Of a DNA stretch of 55,361 nt, positions 1-10,485 are shown piece by piece. The translations under genes were made by a program, and so were the position numbers. Within the stretch, counting starts at the first letter, position 1. Each line of letters starts with the position of its first letter. Source of the DNA: Candidatus Nanopelagicaceae bacterium (GTDB lineage: Archaea; Asgardarchaeota; Lokiarchaeia; Sigyniarchaeales; SOKP01); contig DATKTW010000106.1 in assembly GCA_035530895.1 (NCBI GenBank), positions 1-55,361 of the forward strand, written 5' to 3'. The notes below the pieces were generated by a model. The model had not been told where the DNA came from and did not search any database. It saw nothing but the letters and a program-made list of their open reading frames with translations.

Positions 1-373
1 CCATTATGCTTATTAACAAGCCCCCCGCTGCGATTTTAACATCAATGCGATTTTTATACTTTTCTTCAATTTCTCTTACATTGAAAATGAAGTGTAACAC
101 CCATCTTCTTCCTTTTTTGAATAATCCGAAGAAAAATATTAAGAGAAAAAACAACCCTGCTAAAATTCCAGCGATAATTGCGATTTGGTATCCTAAGGTT
201 AATCCTAAGAAAGATTCTAACTTCCCGGTTGGCATGATAAAATCAAATATTGACCAGATACCTCCAGTAATGCAAATTAAACAAGAAATAACGATAAAAA
301 TATAGAATAATTCTCCTACTACTCTTTGTTTTGAATGATAAATTTCGTTAGAACTTGAATATGATTCTTCCAT
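1..373 (-). CDS. hypothetical membrane protein (3' end cut by window edge)
   Basis: ATG at 373-371 opens a minus-strand frame (MEESYSSSNEIYHSKQRVVGELFYIFIVISCLICITGG...) that stays open to position 1. It has hydrophobic helix-length segments. It is absent from the ORF track because no stop lies in the window. Confidence 0.4.
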   Translation of the reverse strand, partial: MEESYSSSNEIYHSKQRVVGELFYIFIVISCLICITGGIWSIFDFIMPTGKLESFLGLTLGYQIAIIAGILAGLFFLLIFFFGLFKKGRRWVLHFIFNVREIEEKYKNRIDVKIAAGGLLISIM

Positions 374-476
374 TTTTTCCACCAATCTATTTTATTTAAA
401 AAATTTATACAATTCTAAATATATAAAATTGAGTATTTTAGCTTAAATTTAAAGTAAAGAACTTGAAGTGAATGCA

Positions 477-2015
477 TTAATTGGTTTCTTTATGTTGGAG
501 CGTTTCGATGTATGTTTTAAAGAAATATTTTTCATCTAAATACGAATATAAATTATTTGACATTTTGTAAATCTCATTATATACCTTCTGATGAGATATA
601 TTAGGAGTCCATTTCTTATCCACCTTACAAATATTCTCAGCAGCTTTAACAACATCAGGAAACAATCCGGCACCTGTTGCTGCTAAAATTGCCGCTCCTA
701 AAGATGTAGCTTCCTCAATTACATTTCTTACACAAGTTATACCTATAACATCAGAGTAGATTTGGTTCCAAAAATCTGAGCGAGACCCACCCCCAGTTAA
801 CTTTAATTCTGTTGGAGCTAACCCTAACTCTCTAAAGATTTCAACATTCTTTCTTACTTCAAATGCCACACCCTCCATAATAGAACGGATAATATCTCTT
901 CTTTTATGACCTAATGATAAACCGTATATTAAACCTCTCGCATACGGATTCCAATGAGGTGCTCCAGCACCAACTAAATGCGGGATGGCTAATAGTGAGT
1001 TAGCTCCAATGGGTGACTTTTCAGCTTCTTCAGTTAAGATAACATACGGATCTTGGTTTTGTTTTTCAGCCTGTTCACACTCTTTTGCCCCAAGTTCGTC
1101 CCTAAACCACCTTAAAAAGGCTCCAGTTGTAAAAATACTAGCTTCTTGAACCCATGCGCCAGGAATTGCATGACAACTGCATAAAACACGCTTTTTCGGA
1201 TCAAGTTTAGGTTGTTCTAAATAAGCTAATATAAAACTTCCAGTTCCAGTAGTGACTTTAATGTTTCCTGGAGAGACAACTCCTACTCCCAGTGCCGCTG
1301 ATTGCTGATCACCTGCTCCGGTTATTACTAAAGTTTTTTTGTCAAATAATGTATCCTCTGTTATGATTTCGCCTATATCGATTCCACTCTCTAAGGGTTC
1401 CGGCATTTTATCCAAGTCAATTTCAAGTTCAGAGGCGATCTCATCTGAATACTTGAATTTATTAATATCAAAAAGCATCGTCCTCGAAGCGTTAGAGTGG
1501 TCTGTATAAAAATTTCCAGTTAATTTATATATAATATAATCTGAAACAAGTAAGAATTTATGGGTTTTTTGATATATCTCTGGTTTTTCATCTTTGAACC
1601 ATAAAATTTTTGTGGCTGAAAAATAAGGATCGATAATTAACCCCGTAGTGTTATATATTTTATCTTCTCCTATCTTTTTCTTAATGAACTCAACTTGGTT
1701 AGTGGTTCTTCGATCTTGCCACACTAACGCATTATGTAAAGGGTTACCTTCTCGATCTACAGGAACTATTGTTTCGCGCTGATTAGTAACAGAAAGACTT
1801 ACAATATCTGATTTATCGATTCCGCTTTTTTTAATAGCTATTTCGATAGTTTTCTTTAGTGATTCCCACCACGAATTAGCGTCTTGCTCCACATAAGAAG
1901 GAACTGGATAAAAACTCTCCCACTCTTGGTAGTCACTTGATATTATTGAACCAGACATATCAAAAATAAATGTTCTACATCCTGTAGTTCCAAGGTCGAG
2001 TGCTGCAACAAACAT
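477..2015 (-). CDS. FGGY-family carbohydrate kinase (glycerol/xylulose kinase-like)
   Basis: 512 aa. N-terminal ALDLGTTGCR phosphate-binding motif, VWQDRRT, and C-terminal GGGSRSDFWNQI are typical of FGGY kinases. The substrate cannot be assigned by eye. Confidence 0.8.
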   Translation of the reverse strand: MFVAALDLGTTGCRTFIFDMSGSIISSDYQEWESFYPVPSYVEQDANSWWESLKKTIEIAIKKSGIDKSDIVSLSVTNQRETIVPVDREGNPLHNALVWQDRRTTNQVEFIKKKIGEDKIYNTTGLIIDPYFSATKILWFKDEKPEIYQKTHKFLLVSDYIIYKLTGNFYTDHSNASRTMLFDINKFKYSDEIASELEIDLDKMPEPLESGIDIGEIITEDTLFDKKTLVITGAGDQQSAALGVGVVSPGNIKVTTGTGSFILAYLEQPKLDPKKRVLCSCHAIPGAWVQEASIFTTGAFLRWFRDELGAKECEQAEKQNQDPYVILTEEAEKSPIGANSLLAIPHLVGAGAPHWNPYARGLIYGLSLGHKRRDIIRSIMEGVAFEVRKNVEIFRELGLAPTELKLTGGGSRSDFWNQIYSDVIGITCVRNVIEEATSLGAAILAATGAGLFPDVVKAAENICKVDKKWTPNISHQKVYNEIYKMSNNLYSYLDEKYFFKTYIETLQHKETN

Positions 2016-2113
2016 AATTACTAAAAATCTTTGTATATTTAGTTTTAATGATATGTAATAGATTGTATTATGAAATAAAAACTATTATTAACGATTATAA
2101 GAAAAAACTTTTT

Positions 2114-2791
2114 TTATTTCACTTTTTTAAACCCACATTGTTGACACACTAATCCAGCTTTAGGAATATAAACTTGTGTAAGGGGACCATTACAAATTGG
2201 GCACTTCACATCAGATGTTGGAAACCAATGTCCTTTAATATTGGGCATTTGTTTCAAAGTATTAACGAATTTCAATCTCTCTAAATCCTGCTTATTTATC
2301 TGCAGCAACTGTTGTTCTTCAGCAATAGATTTTCCTTTTGGAGCTAAAACCATTAAAAATTTCATTTTTTTCGGATTATTTAGTAATGATAACGTTCTTA
2401 ATATAGCTCCTTCTTTATATTGCTCAAATAATTTAGCTAATTCTGGAGGGGCTAAAGCTACTAATATTGCTTGCGAGTCTTTAGATTCTTCTTTAACTTT
2501 TTGGATGAGGAATTGGAAAATTCTTCTTTCATAGTCCATTCCCCAGATAAAATTCCATGGTTTTATATCGTAATCCTCCTTATTAGGTCCGACGATTCTT
2601 TTGATACATTCCACCCATGAATAATGGCTAAAATTATACATATTAGAGAGTAAATCGTCAAAAAATCCTGGTTCAATTACGGGAAAAGTTTTGATTATAT
2701 TTTTTAGTGATAACAATTTAACTTCGGTCAAAACTTTTGCGTTAAGACTATCCCACGGCGTATATGCGAAGACTGAAAAGAAATTGCTCAT
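2114..2791 (-). CDS. hypothetical protein with C-terminal zinc ribbon
   Basis: 225-aa ORF ending in CPIC...CQQC. No family recognised. Confidence 0.5.
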   Translation of the reverse strand: MSNFFSVFAYTPWDSLNAKVLTEVKLLSLKNIIKTFPVIEPGFFDDLLSNMYNFSHYSWVECIKRIVGPNKEDYDIKPWNFIWGMDYERRIFQFLIQKVKEESKDSQAILVALAPPELAKLFEQYKEGAILRTLSLLNNPKKMKFLMVLAPKGKSIAEEQQLLQINKQDLERLKFVNTLKQMPNIKGHWFPTSDVKCPICNGPLTQVYIPKAGLVCQQCGFKKVK

Positions 2792-2923
2792 GATATTTTA
2801 AAACTAATTTATAATATCCTTTTAATTTTAATATTTACTAAAGAATAATGGTTTAAAATATAAAAATAAGATTTAAGAAATATTACTCTTATTCCTTTAT
2901 TAAATACTTAACGAGATTATTAA

Positions 2924-4075
2924 ATGAATGGAATTTGGGATGTAAAAGCCGATGTAATAAAGAAAGGAGATAACCTTAGGGATGTGTCATCTCTTATCGA
3001 TAAAACTCTGAAAGACGAAATGGGTTTTATTCATTACTTCTTTAGTAAAGTTAATTTTAATAATCCTTGGTACACCATACCAGAAGACGATTTCAAATTA
3101 TTTGAAACCTTTATTGAAGGTGGATCTAGAGCGTATCCTTCAGATGGTAGCATCCCCTGTGATATAGTGGCGAGTGAAACGAGAAAAGTTCTCAAGAAAA
3201 TTGAACTATGTTCGCAAGATCCTAATCACCATTATTGTGAAGATGCTCGGTTAGTATTAAAAAACGGGAAATTTTCGTCAGTCAGAGGCACGTTAAAACT
3301 CTATTTAGGCAAATATACCACCCGGGATTGGAGAAGAAAAAGATTTACTGATGATATCGATTTTTGGATGTTTCAGACTAATTTATTGGACTCTTCTTTA
3401 AAGGAGTGCAGTTTTGTAAAAAAAAAAGAAACAGGAGAATGGGAAAAAACCGTAGAATGGAATAAATTTGAAACTAAAGAAAATAGGCGTGAAACTCTTT
3501 TTGCTGCAAATAACCTTAATCAACTACTCGATTTTGGAGCGGGTAGCTATCTTGAAGGCTCAAGTTTAAAGGAGATTTTTGATAAAAAAATTAAAAGAGG
3601 TCACGATGTAGATTTAAGCGATATTATAAATGTAGCAATGGTGAACAATGGCGTTGATGGTATTCACGAAGATGAGTGGATAGATGCATGGAATTCTTTT
3701 GAACAGGCAGCTAATACGCGAAATACTAGAACCACATCTAATTTAATAAGTATTTGCCGCTATTCCTTTGCTATTGCAGACTATCTTGAAAAAGTCGGTG
3801 AGGCTATTAGAAAGTATAAAGGTCTTATTTTTGATAAATCTAAATATCCCGACGAGAAGATAAAATCACTCTGTAGAATCTCTACTCATTGGGAAAAATT
3901 TTATGATGCTAACGGAGTAGATGAAACAAGAAAGATGATTCATGATTTTTTCGATGAACAGGCAGAAGAGAAACCACTGCACGCACAAAACCTAACATTA
4001 TTTGCGAAAAATATTCTAAAATTACTTAATTCCAAATACGAATATCTTAAGGTTATATTCGAAATTGAGCATTAA
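2924..4075 (+). CDS. hypothetical protein, possible nucleotidyltransferase fold (AbiEii/DUF1814-like)
   Basis: 383-aa ORF. RFTDDIDFW and KRGHDVDLSDI resemble the two acidic motifs of AbiEii-type NTases. The resemblance is weak and judged by eye only. Confidence 0.5.
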   Translation: MNGIWDVKADVIKKGDNLRDVSSLIDKTLKDEMGFIHYFFSKVNFNNPWYTIPEDDFKLFETFIEGGSRAYPSDGSIPCDIVASETRKVLKKIELCSQDPNHHYCEDARLVLKNGKFSSVRGTLKLYLGKYTTRDWRRKRFTDDIDFWMFQTNLLDSSLKECSFVKKKETGEWEKTVEWNKFETKENRRETLFAANNLNQLLDFGAGSYLEGSSLKEIFDKKIKRGHDVDLSDIINVAMVNNGVDGIHEDEWIDAWNSFEQAANTRNTRTTSNLISICRYSFAIADYLEKVGEAIRKYKGLIFDKSKYPDEKIKSLCRISTHWEKFYDANGVDETRKMIHDFFDEQAEEKPLHAQNLTLFAKNILKLLNSKYEYLKVIFEIEH

Positions 4076-4283
4076 TTTTCAAATTATAATTTTTTTTTTA
4101 AAAATTTGGGTTTAAATTTTTCAATCATGACCCAATTTAAGATATTTGTTGCACTATTTCGTGAAACTGAACTTTCACGTACTTTAATATATACCTTCAT
4201 ATTAGCTCGATATAGTTCTCTGTATTACCCAAACTACTTTTAAAAATGAGTTTAAAAAAATCTTTCAGTCAAAAGAATTTCTG

Positions 4284-5531
4284 TTAATCACTCAATTCTT
4301 CACTCGAAGGTTCAATTTCATTAGAAAAGCGATCCTTTGCTACGCTATGAAGTAACCAAAATCCAATAATAGAGATCAGACATAGAATTCCAGCTAAATA
4401 CCATACCCAATTCGGTCCAATATAAACCGTGACTAAACCAGCAGCTAAAACTCCAAATAAGGTTGGAATCGCCCAGTGGTAGCCATACACTGCCATATAT
4501 CGCCCTCGTTTATCTTCAGGGGCAAGATATGCAACTGCAGCTTGTGAGACTGGTATCACAATCATCTCCCCCACTGTTAGGATACCCATGGCTACGAAAA
4601 ACAGGTATATTTCGGAGATAAAGCCATACATCCCAAAGCCAATCATATAAAGTAAGGTACCAAAAGCCATCATTTTCATGGGTGCATACTTTGAAATCCT
4701 TTTGGTTATCCAGAATTGAAATAATACTACCATCAACGCATTCATGCTTAACAACAAACCAAAACCCGCTATTGGGAACCCATATACCGTCAGCAGAAAT
4801 ACCGATAACGTACTATTCATTTGCATGTAAACTAACACCGTTATAGCAGACACAGCAAGAAACATTATATAAACTGAATCTTTTAAAACCTCTTTATATC
4901 CTATGAGGGTTTTTATAACTGATTCTTCTGGTTTGTCATCTTGTTTTTCCGGTTTCGTTTCTGGAATGACAATGAATACAATTAAAGCGGTAATTAAGCT
5001 ACTCACAGCGTCCCCAATAAATAACAACATATAGGATTGGCTTGCTAAAAATCCACCAAGCATAGGGCCAATTGTAGCTGAAAGATTTACAGCTACCCGT
5101 AATAATCCAAATCCCTCTGCCTGTTTATCCTTTGGAAGTAAATCTACTACCATTGCTTGTCGTGCTGGACCTCCCAAATCGCCTAAAACTCCTAAAAATG
5201 CTGCTATTATGAAAAAAATATTTAGATCATCAACTAGTCCCATCAAGATACTTCCTATACCGCTTGAAATTAAACCTAAAAGAAGCATCGAGCGACGACC
5301 ATATTTATCAGCTAACGCTCCTCCTATCGTACTACCAATTATACTTCCACCCGAAAACACTGAAAATAAAATTCCTACTTGAATCATCCCTACACCAAAA
5401 TGTTCTATAAGATACACTGAAAAAAAGGGAAATAATAAAAAACTTCCTAACCTATCAATATATGTGGCGAGGATTAACACTTTAAATGTCCCGGGATATT
5501 CTTTATATGAATGTTTAAATTTTGCGAACAT
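4284..5531 (-). CDS. MFS transporter
   Basis: 415 aa with about 12 hydrophobic segments. The GALADKYGRR loop after TM2 matches the MFS signature. Confidence 0.8.
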   Translation of the reverse strand: MFAKFKHSYKEYPGTFKVLILATYIDRLGSFLLFPFFSVYLIEHFGVGMIQVGILFSVFSGGSIIGSTIGGALADKYGRRSMLLLGLISSGIGSILMGLVDDLNIFFIIAAFLGVLGDLGGPARQAMVVDLLPKDKQAEGFGLLRVAVNLSATIGPMLGGFLASQSYMLLFIGDAVSSLITALIVFIVIPETKPEKQDDKPEESVIKTLIGYKEVLKDSVYIMFLAVSAITVLVYMQMNSTLSVFLLTVYGFPIAGFGLLLSMNALMVVLFQFWITKRISKYAPMKMMAFGTLLYMIGFGMYGFISEIYLFFVAMGILTVGEMIVIPVSQAAVAYLAPEDKRGRYMAVYGYHWAIPTLFGVLAAGLVTVYIGPNWVWYLAGILCLISIIGFWLLHSVAKDRFSNEIEPSSEELSD

Positions 5532-5745
5532 GAATTGTCATCGTTTTATAAATTTATCTTAAAAAGAATTAATTATAAAATATGTAAAATAGAATAATCA
5601 ACAAAGATTATGTTAAATTCTAATTATTGTCAACTAATAAACCTAGATCTATTAATATATTTATTAAACCTATCATTAATTATTTGTGGTGTTAATCAAC
5701 CAAGGTGGAACAAAATTGTATGATTATTTGTTAAGCGAAAAAAAT

Positions 5746-6954
5746 ATGAAATTTAGAGATGAAATTCGAGAGTTTGTAAAGAATGCTGTACCTCCTTCTT
5801 TATTAAAAAAAATGGATAAGGATGAAGTACAATACCCAAGTGAATGGTTATACGCCCTAGCCAAACAAAATTTAATAGGTATAAGGTTTCCAAAAGAATA
5901 TGGGGGCCGTGGGTTGAATTGGGAAAGTGAAATAATTGCTCAAGAAGAAATAGGTGTATTAGGAAGTTCTTTAGCTTGTTTATTTTCATTACCAAGCATC
6001 TGTGGAGAGGCTATTAATAAATTTGGTACATTAGAACAAAAGCTTAACTACCTTAAACCCATGTGTGAGGGCAAAAAATTTACAGCTGAAGCACTAACTG
6101 AACCAAGAGGCGGGTCTGATTTTTTTGGAGCTACATCCACAGCTGTAAAAGAAGGAGATTATTATATATTAAACGGAGAAAAGCGATTCGTTGTTGGAGC
6201 TGAAGGTGCTGATTTCTTTTTGGTTTACGCTAAAACCAATCCTAAAGCCCCTACTCGCGATTCTTTAAGCTTATTTATTGTTGATAAAAGTGATGCAGTA
6301 GATGCAGCATATATTTACGGTTTATTAGGCACTAGGGGCGGTGGAGCAGGTAGGATAGTTTTTAAAGACGCAGAAGTCCCTAAGGAGAATTTAATTCTGA
6401 AGGAAGGAGATGGGGGTAAAATATTTTACCACATGATGGTTCCAGAACGATTAACTACAGCGTCTGGTTTTCTCGGATTGGCACGTGCTTGTTTTCAAAT
6501 AGCAACCAAATATAGCACAAAAAGAAAAGCATTTGGACAGATTATAAAGAATTTTCAAGCTGTTCACTTCATGATAGCGGATTGCATTACTTATTTAGAT
6601 GCAACAAGAGCAATTGTATTTAATACAGCGAAATCTATAGATGCAGGAGCGCCACCCGCTCTTCAAAGAAGATTAGTTTCTGAATCCAAAAAATTTTCAA
6701 CTAAAGCATGCTGGAAAGTTATTAACAAATCAATGCAAATAATGGGTGGTATCGGATATACAACCGTATATCCAATAGAACGCCTTTTGAGAGACGCTCG
6801 TATAGGAGAGATTTGGACCGGTACTACAGAAATAATGAATTTAATTATCCAACACGAGTATTACAAGGAAATTTTAAGCGAAAAATGGATTGGTCGCGAC
6901 GTGGAACTAGACGCTATAGACGCTGAACACGAGGAAGAAAAACACTATGGATAA
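5746..6954 (+). CDS. acyl-CoA dehydrogenase
   Basis: Motifs LTEPRGGSDF, GGAGRIVF and YPIERLLRDARIGEIWTGTTEI match the acyl-CoA dehydrogenase family. The ATG at 5746 (MKFRDEIREF) is preferred over the track's GTG at 5686. Confidence 0.85.
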   Translation: MKFRDEIREFVKNAVPPSLLKKMDKDEVQYPSEWLYALAKQNLIGIRFPKEYGGRGLNWESEIIAQEEIGVLGSSLACLFSLPSICGEAINKFGTLEQKLNYLKPMCEGKKFTAEALTEPRGGSDFFGATSTAVKEGDYYILNGEKRFVVGAEGADFFLVYAKTNPKAPTRDSLSLFIVDKSDAVDAAYIYGLLGTRGGGAGRIVFKDAEVPKENLILKEGDGGKIFYHMMVPERLTTASGFLGLARACFQIATKYSTKRKAFGQIIKNFQAVHFMIADCITYLDATRAIVFNTAKSIDAGAPPALQRRLVSESKKFSTKACWKVINKSMQIMGGIGYTTVYPIERLLRDARIGEIWTGTTEIMNLIIQHEYYKEILSEKWIGRDVELDAIDAEHEEEKHYG

Positions 6955-6978
6955 GAAGGATAGTATTTAAACACTACC

Positions 6979-7239
6979 TCATTCTATCTGTTTTACTTTT
7001 GAATAGTCAACAGTAATAGTACTCTTTGTCTCGATTTCTTCTCCGAATATCAACACTTTTTTATTTAAAAATCTATGCAATTCAAGATCTTTTTCCCACG
7101 TGTGAGTTTTTTTCCTAACAAGTATTTCTGACCATCTGTCTTTGTAAACATCCAATGGTTTAATGAAATATTCAGGTCCTTCCGATCCTGTTCCCTTTCC
7201 CTTTATAATGGCAAAAAGAGTTCCTCTAATTTCGTTCAT
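6979..7239 (-). CDS. hypothetical small protein (86 aa), co-directional downstream of two radical SAM genes
   Basis: ORF only. No recognisable motif. Confidence 0.4.
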   Translation of the reverse strand: MNEIRGTLFAIIKGKGTGSEGPEYFIKPLDVYKDRWSEILVRKKTHTWEKDLELHRFLNKKVLIFGEEIETKSTITVDYSKVKQIE

Positions 7240-7323
7240 AGTTTAAATAATTCAATTATATTTTATTATTAAAAGTTTAGCAAAAAAAGTTAATAATGCT
7301 ATAAGCGAATATCAAAAGAGATT

Positions 7324-8793
7324 TCAGCTTTTCTTGAATTCTTTGAATAAACTTCTCACTTTTAAGAAAGAATTGAGAACTGTTAAAAATCTTCTAGGGT
7401 TCAAAAGAAATAACAATCCTCGAGTTTTAATTAGACGATAACCTATATCTTTCAAATTATTAACATATTTTAATTCTCTAAAAGAGAAATATAAGAGATC
7501 ATATAATTGTTTTGGACTTAATTGATGAGTTCTAATAACCGGATAAAAAACTGTATATTTAGACCAATCTTTAGATATTACTAATCCTTGCTCATCCAGT
7601 TCTTTAAAAGTATCGCTTCCGGGAAAAGGAGTTAATAACACAAAACTCACTATATCTACATCCACAGTTTTCATAAATTGAATTTCTTTAATAACTTCTT
7701 CTTCTGTTTCTTTTAAATCAATCCCAATTATCAAATTCCCAATTACAATTATATTATTTTCATGTAAAATTTTAAGCCCTTCAATTACTTTTTTAAATTC
7801 AAATCCCTTTCTCACTTGTTTAAGAGATTCTTCATTTACACTTTCAATCCCTATAAAAACGACCCAAAATCCTGCTTTTCTCATCTTTTTTACCATTTGA
7901 GGTGCGTTTATGATAGAATCGACTCTTATCTGCGCAAAAAATTTAAAATCATTAATTTCTTTTTTTTGTTTACATTCAATTATTTTATCGCACAACTTTT
8001 CAATTCTTGTAGTACTCACAGTTAGATTATCATCTACAAAAAAAATATCTGTAATTTTTCTATTCTGTGAGATCATCTTTAATTCTTTTATTATTTTTTC
8101 AACAGAACGTGGTCTCCATAAATTTTTATTGAAAACATGAGTAGTACAAAATTTACATGTATAAGGACAACCTCTAGAGGTTTCCACCGTTTCTAATCTT
8201 ACTGTAAACATTTTATATTTATTATTTTTTGTGAGTTCTCTTGCGGGAAATCTAATGTTTTCAAAATCTTTTATTAATGGTCTATCAGGATTATGAATTA
8301 CTTTCCCATTAGATTTATACGAAATCCCCTTTACACTTTTAGGTGTACCCTTAATGATTAATTCTCTAAATGTTAACTCTCCTTCACCCCTTACTAGTAT
8401 ATCAACTTCATTAAGATTTATTGTTGAATCTGGTTCGAATGTAGGGTGTCTCCCACCAAATACTACAGTACAATTTGGATTAACTTCTTTTACAATTTTT
8501 GCAATATTATTTGAGTTCTTTAATGCGGCAGATACAAAAACTGAAATACCAACAATATCTGGATTAAATTTTTCAATTTTTTTCCTAATCTGACTAAATG
8601 TTAAGTTTTTCACTTTTGTATCAAGGATTTCTACATTTACATTTAAATCAGTTAAATAGCTAGCTATATAAGTCAGATTAATTGGAGGAAAATCCATATT
8701 ATAATAGTCCCAGCCAGTGGTTCTATAATTTGGTTTAATTAATAATACTTTTTTCCAAGTAAAATCATGATTTTTTGAAATTTGATAATCCAT
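7324..8793 (-). CDS. B12-binding-domain radical SAM protein
   Basis: N-terminal Rossmann-like B12-binding region (VGISV...VFGGRHPT). The radical SAM cluster motif is ETSRGCPYTCKFC (CxxxCxxC). Confidence 0.85.
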   Translation of the reverse strand: MDYQISKNHDFTWKKVLLIKPNYRTTGWDYYNMDFPPINLTYIASYLTDLNVNVEILDTKVKNLTFSQIRKKIEKFNPDIVGISVFVSAALKNSNNIAKIVKEVNPNCTVVFGGRHPTFEPDSTINLNEVDILVRGEGELTFRELIIKGTPKSVKGISYKSNGKVIHNPDRPLIKDFENIRFPARELTKNNKYKMFTVRLETVETSRGCPYTCKFCTTHVFNKNLWRPRSVEKIIKELKMISQNRKITDIFFVDDNLTVSTTRIEKLCDKIIECKQKKEINDFKFFAQIRVDSIINAPQMVKKMRKAGFWVVFIGIESVNEESLKQVRKGFEFKKVIEGLKILHENNIIVIGNLIIGIDLKETEEEVIKEIQFMKTVDVDIVSFVLLTPFPGSDTFKELDEQGLVISKDWSKYTVFYPVIRTHQLSPKQLYDLLYFSFRELKYVNNLKDIGYRLIKTRGLLFLLNPRRFLTVLNSFLKVRSLFKEFKKS

Positions 8794-8797
8794 TTCT

Positions 8798-10339
8798 TTA
8801 GATCCTATAGTTTTTTATAGCATTTTTTAGATCTTTCATATGGTTTAAATTTCCTGTTTTTATTTGTTTTACATCTTTCTTTTTTAATCCACCTAAATTA
8901 TGTATAACAATTTTTTTCCATTTAAAATATGAACTAAATGCTCGATAAAATCTAAAAGGATTGATAATATAGAAAATTCCTCTTGATCTAACAGTTCTAC
9001 GGCATAAATAATATTTATTTCTCGAATTTCCTCCATAATAGCCAATTGAATAAAAACCAAGAAACAGTAGTTTTTTAAGAATTTCTGGGCTAAGATTAGG
9101 GGTTTTTATCACGGGGTTAAGCCAATTAAATTTACTATATTCTTCTGTTAAAAGTAGACCTTTTTCTTTAATTTCATCGTAAAATTTAGTTGATGGGAAT
9201 GGAGTTAACAATGTAAAACTTGGTAAGTCTAAGCTTAACTCTCTTGTTTTATTAATTGTTATAAGAACATCATCTACAGAGTCGTTTAGGTTAGCTCCGA
9301 TAATAACATTTCCCATTACTATTATATCGTTTTCATGTAAAACCTTTATACCCTCTTTAATTTGATTTGTATTACACCCCTTAGCCACTGCTTTGAGTCC
9401 TTTGTCATCAGTTGCTTCGACGCCTACAAGAACAAGCCAAAAACCTGCTTCAGCCATTAACTTAACTACTTTAGGGTGTCTCGCCATCGAATCTAATCGT
9501 CCTTGAAAGAAAAAAAATAAATTTTTTCGTATTCTTCCCATTCTTTTGCCTTTTATAATTTCAAAGCATAATCTTCCAATACGTTTCATATTAACAAGAA
9601 AATTATCATCTACAACAAAAATATCACTAATTTTTTTATTTTTAGAAATTATTTCTAATTCATTTATAACATTTTCAACTGATCTAGATCTCCATGTTTG
9701 ATTATAGACCACATTAGTACTACAGAATTTGCATGCTTGTGGGCACCCACGAGAAGTCTCAATTGCGTCAATATTCATATTAAATATTTTGTATTTATAA
9801 TTTCCTACCAAATGGCGAGACGGAGGCCTTAACTCATCCAAGTTTTTTAAAAATGGTCTATCCGGATTATGTATTAATTTTCCATTCATTTTATAGGATA
9901 GACCACATATATTTAGTGGAGACCCCTTTTCAATTAATTCACGGAAAGTAAATTCACCCTCACCTCTAACCAAAATATCTATCCATGGAGAAGATAAAGT
10001 TTGCTCAATAGCTAATGTTGGATGCCACCCCCCAATAACAGTTGTTGAGCCATATAATTTAGCAATTTTTGCATGTTGTAAAACAGTATCAATGGCACTT
10101 GTAACTGGAACTGTTAATCCTACTAAATCAGGCTGATAATTTTCAATTTCCTTCTTAACTTGAGAAAAATTTAATTTAGCAGCTTTTGAATCTAATATTC
10201 TCACTTCTACCAGATCTTCTACATAAGCCGCAATATATTCAAAGGCTAGAGGCGGGAAGGCAGAATCATAAAAATCATAACCAGTTGTCTTGTAATTTGC
10301 AACTAATAATAAAATTTTCTTCCATTTCATAATTTTCAT
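8798..10339 (-). CDS. B12-binding-domain radical SAM protein (paralogue of 7324-8793)
   Basis: Same architecture, with cluster motif ETSRGCPQACKFC. It aligns with its neighbour along the whole length (LVRGEGEFTFRELIEKG / LVRGEGELTFRELIIKG). Confidence 0.85.
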   Translation of the reverse strand: MKIMKWKKILLLVANYKTTGYDFYDSAFPPLAFEYIAAYVEDLVEVRILDSKAAKLNFSQVKKEIENYQPDLVGLTVPVTSAIDTVLQHAKIAKLYGSTTVIGGWHPTLAIEQTLSSPWIDILVRGEGEFTFRELIEKGSPLNICGLSYKMNGKLIHNPDRPFLKNLDELRPPSRHLVGNYKYKIFNMNIDAIETSRGCPQACKFCSTNVVYNQTWRSRSVENVINELEIISKNKKISDIFVVDDNFLVNMKRIGRLCFEIIKGKRMGRIRKNLFFFFQGRLDSMARHPKVVKLMAEAGFWLVLVGVEATDDKGLKAVAKGCNTNQIKEGIKVLHENDIIVMGNVIIGANLNDSVDDVLITINKTRELSLDLPSFTLLTPFPSTKFYDEIKEKGLLLTEEYSKFNWLNPVIKTPNLSPEILKKLLFLGFYSIGYYGGNSRNKYYLCRRTVRSRGIFYIINPFRFYRAFSSYFKWKKIVIHNLGGLKKKDVKQIKTGNLNHMKDLKNAIKNYRI

Positions 10340-10485
10340 TTAATTTAGATTAATAATTAAATTCTAAGAAAATTTTGCTTTTATTATACTTGATTTTATA
10401 TTATCAAGAAGCTTAATACAAAAACATTGGGTTAGAAAAATTCCTTTTTTAAACTAAAAATATATAAAAAAAGAAACTCACCTAT

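Noticed and set aside
6-305. 99-aa plus-strand ORF at the window start
   Set aside because: It is antisense to a better minus-strand membrane-protein frame (1-373). Its low-complexity Lys/Ile/Pro-rich translation is typical of shadow ORFs in AT-rich DNA.
7816-8593. Plus-strand ORFs 7816-8025, 7910-8140 and 8354-8593. The same applies to 2241-2534, 5753-5995, 10625-11548, 11814-12104, 14621-14992, 17859-18101, 18452-18829, 23569-23790, 25281-25487, 26195-26512, 27309-27752, 28709-29011, 29300-29515, 31668-31977, 32835-33296, 35073-35433, 37130-37339, 37977-38168, 39139-39438, 39873-40247, 41088-41279, 42373-42651, 42750-43061, 47805-48086, 50094-50303, 51135-51365, 52062-52316 and 54245-54445.
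   Set aside because: All lie antisense to, or overlapping, genes with strong family motifs. They have Ser/Phe/Leu/Ile-rich low-complexity translations and no motifs of their own.
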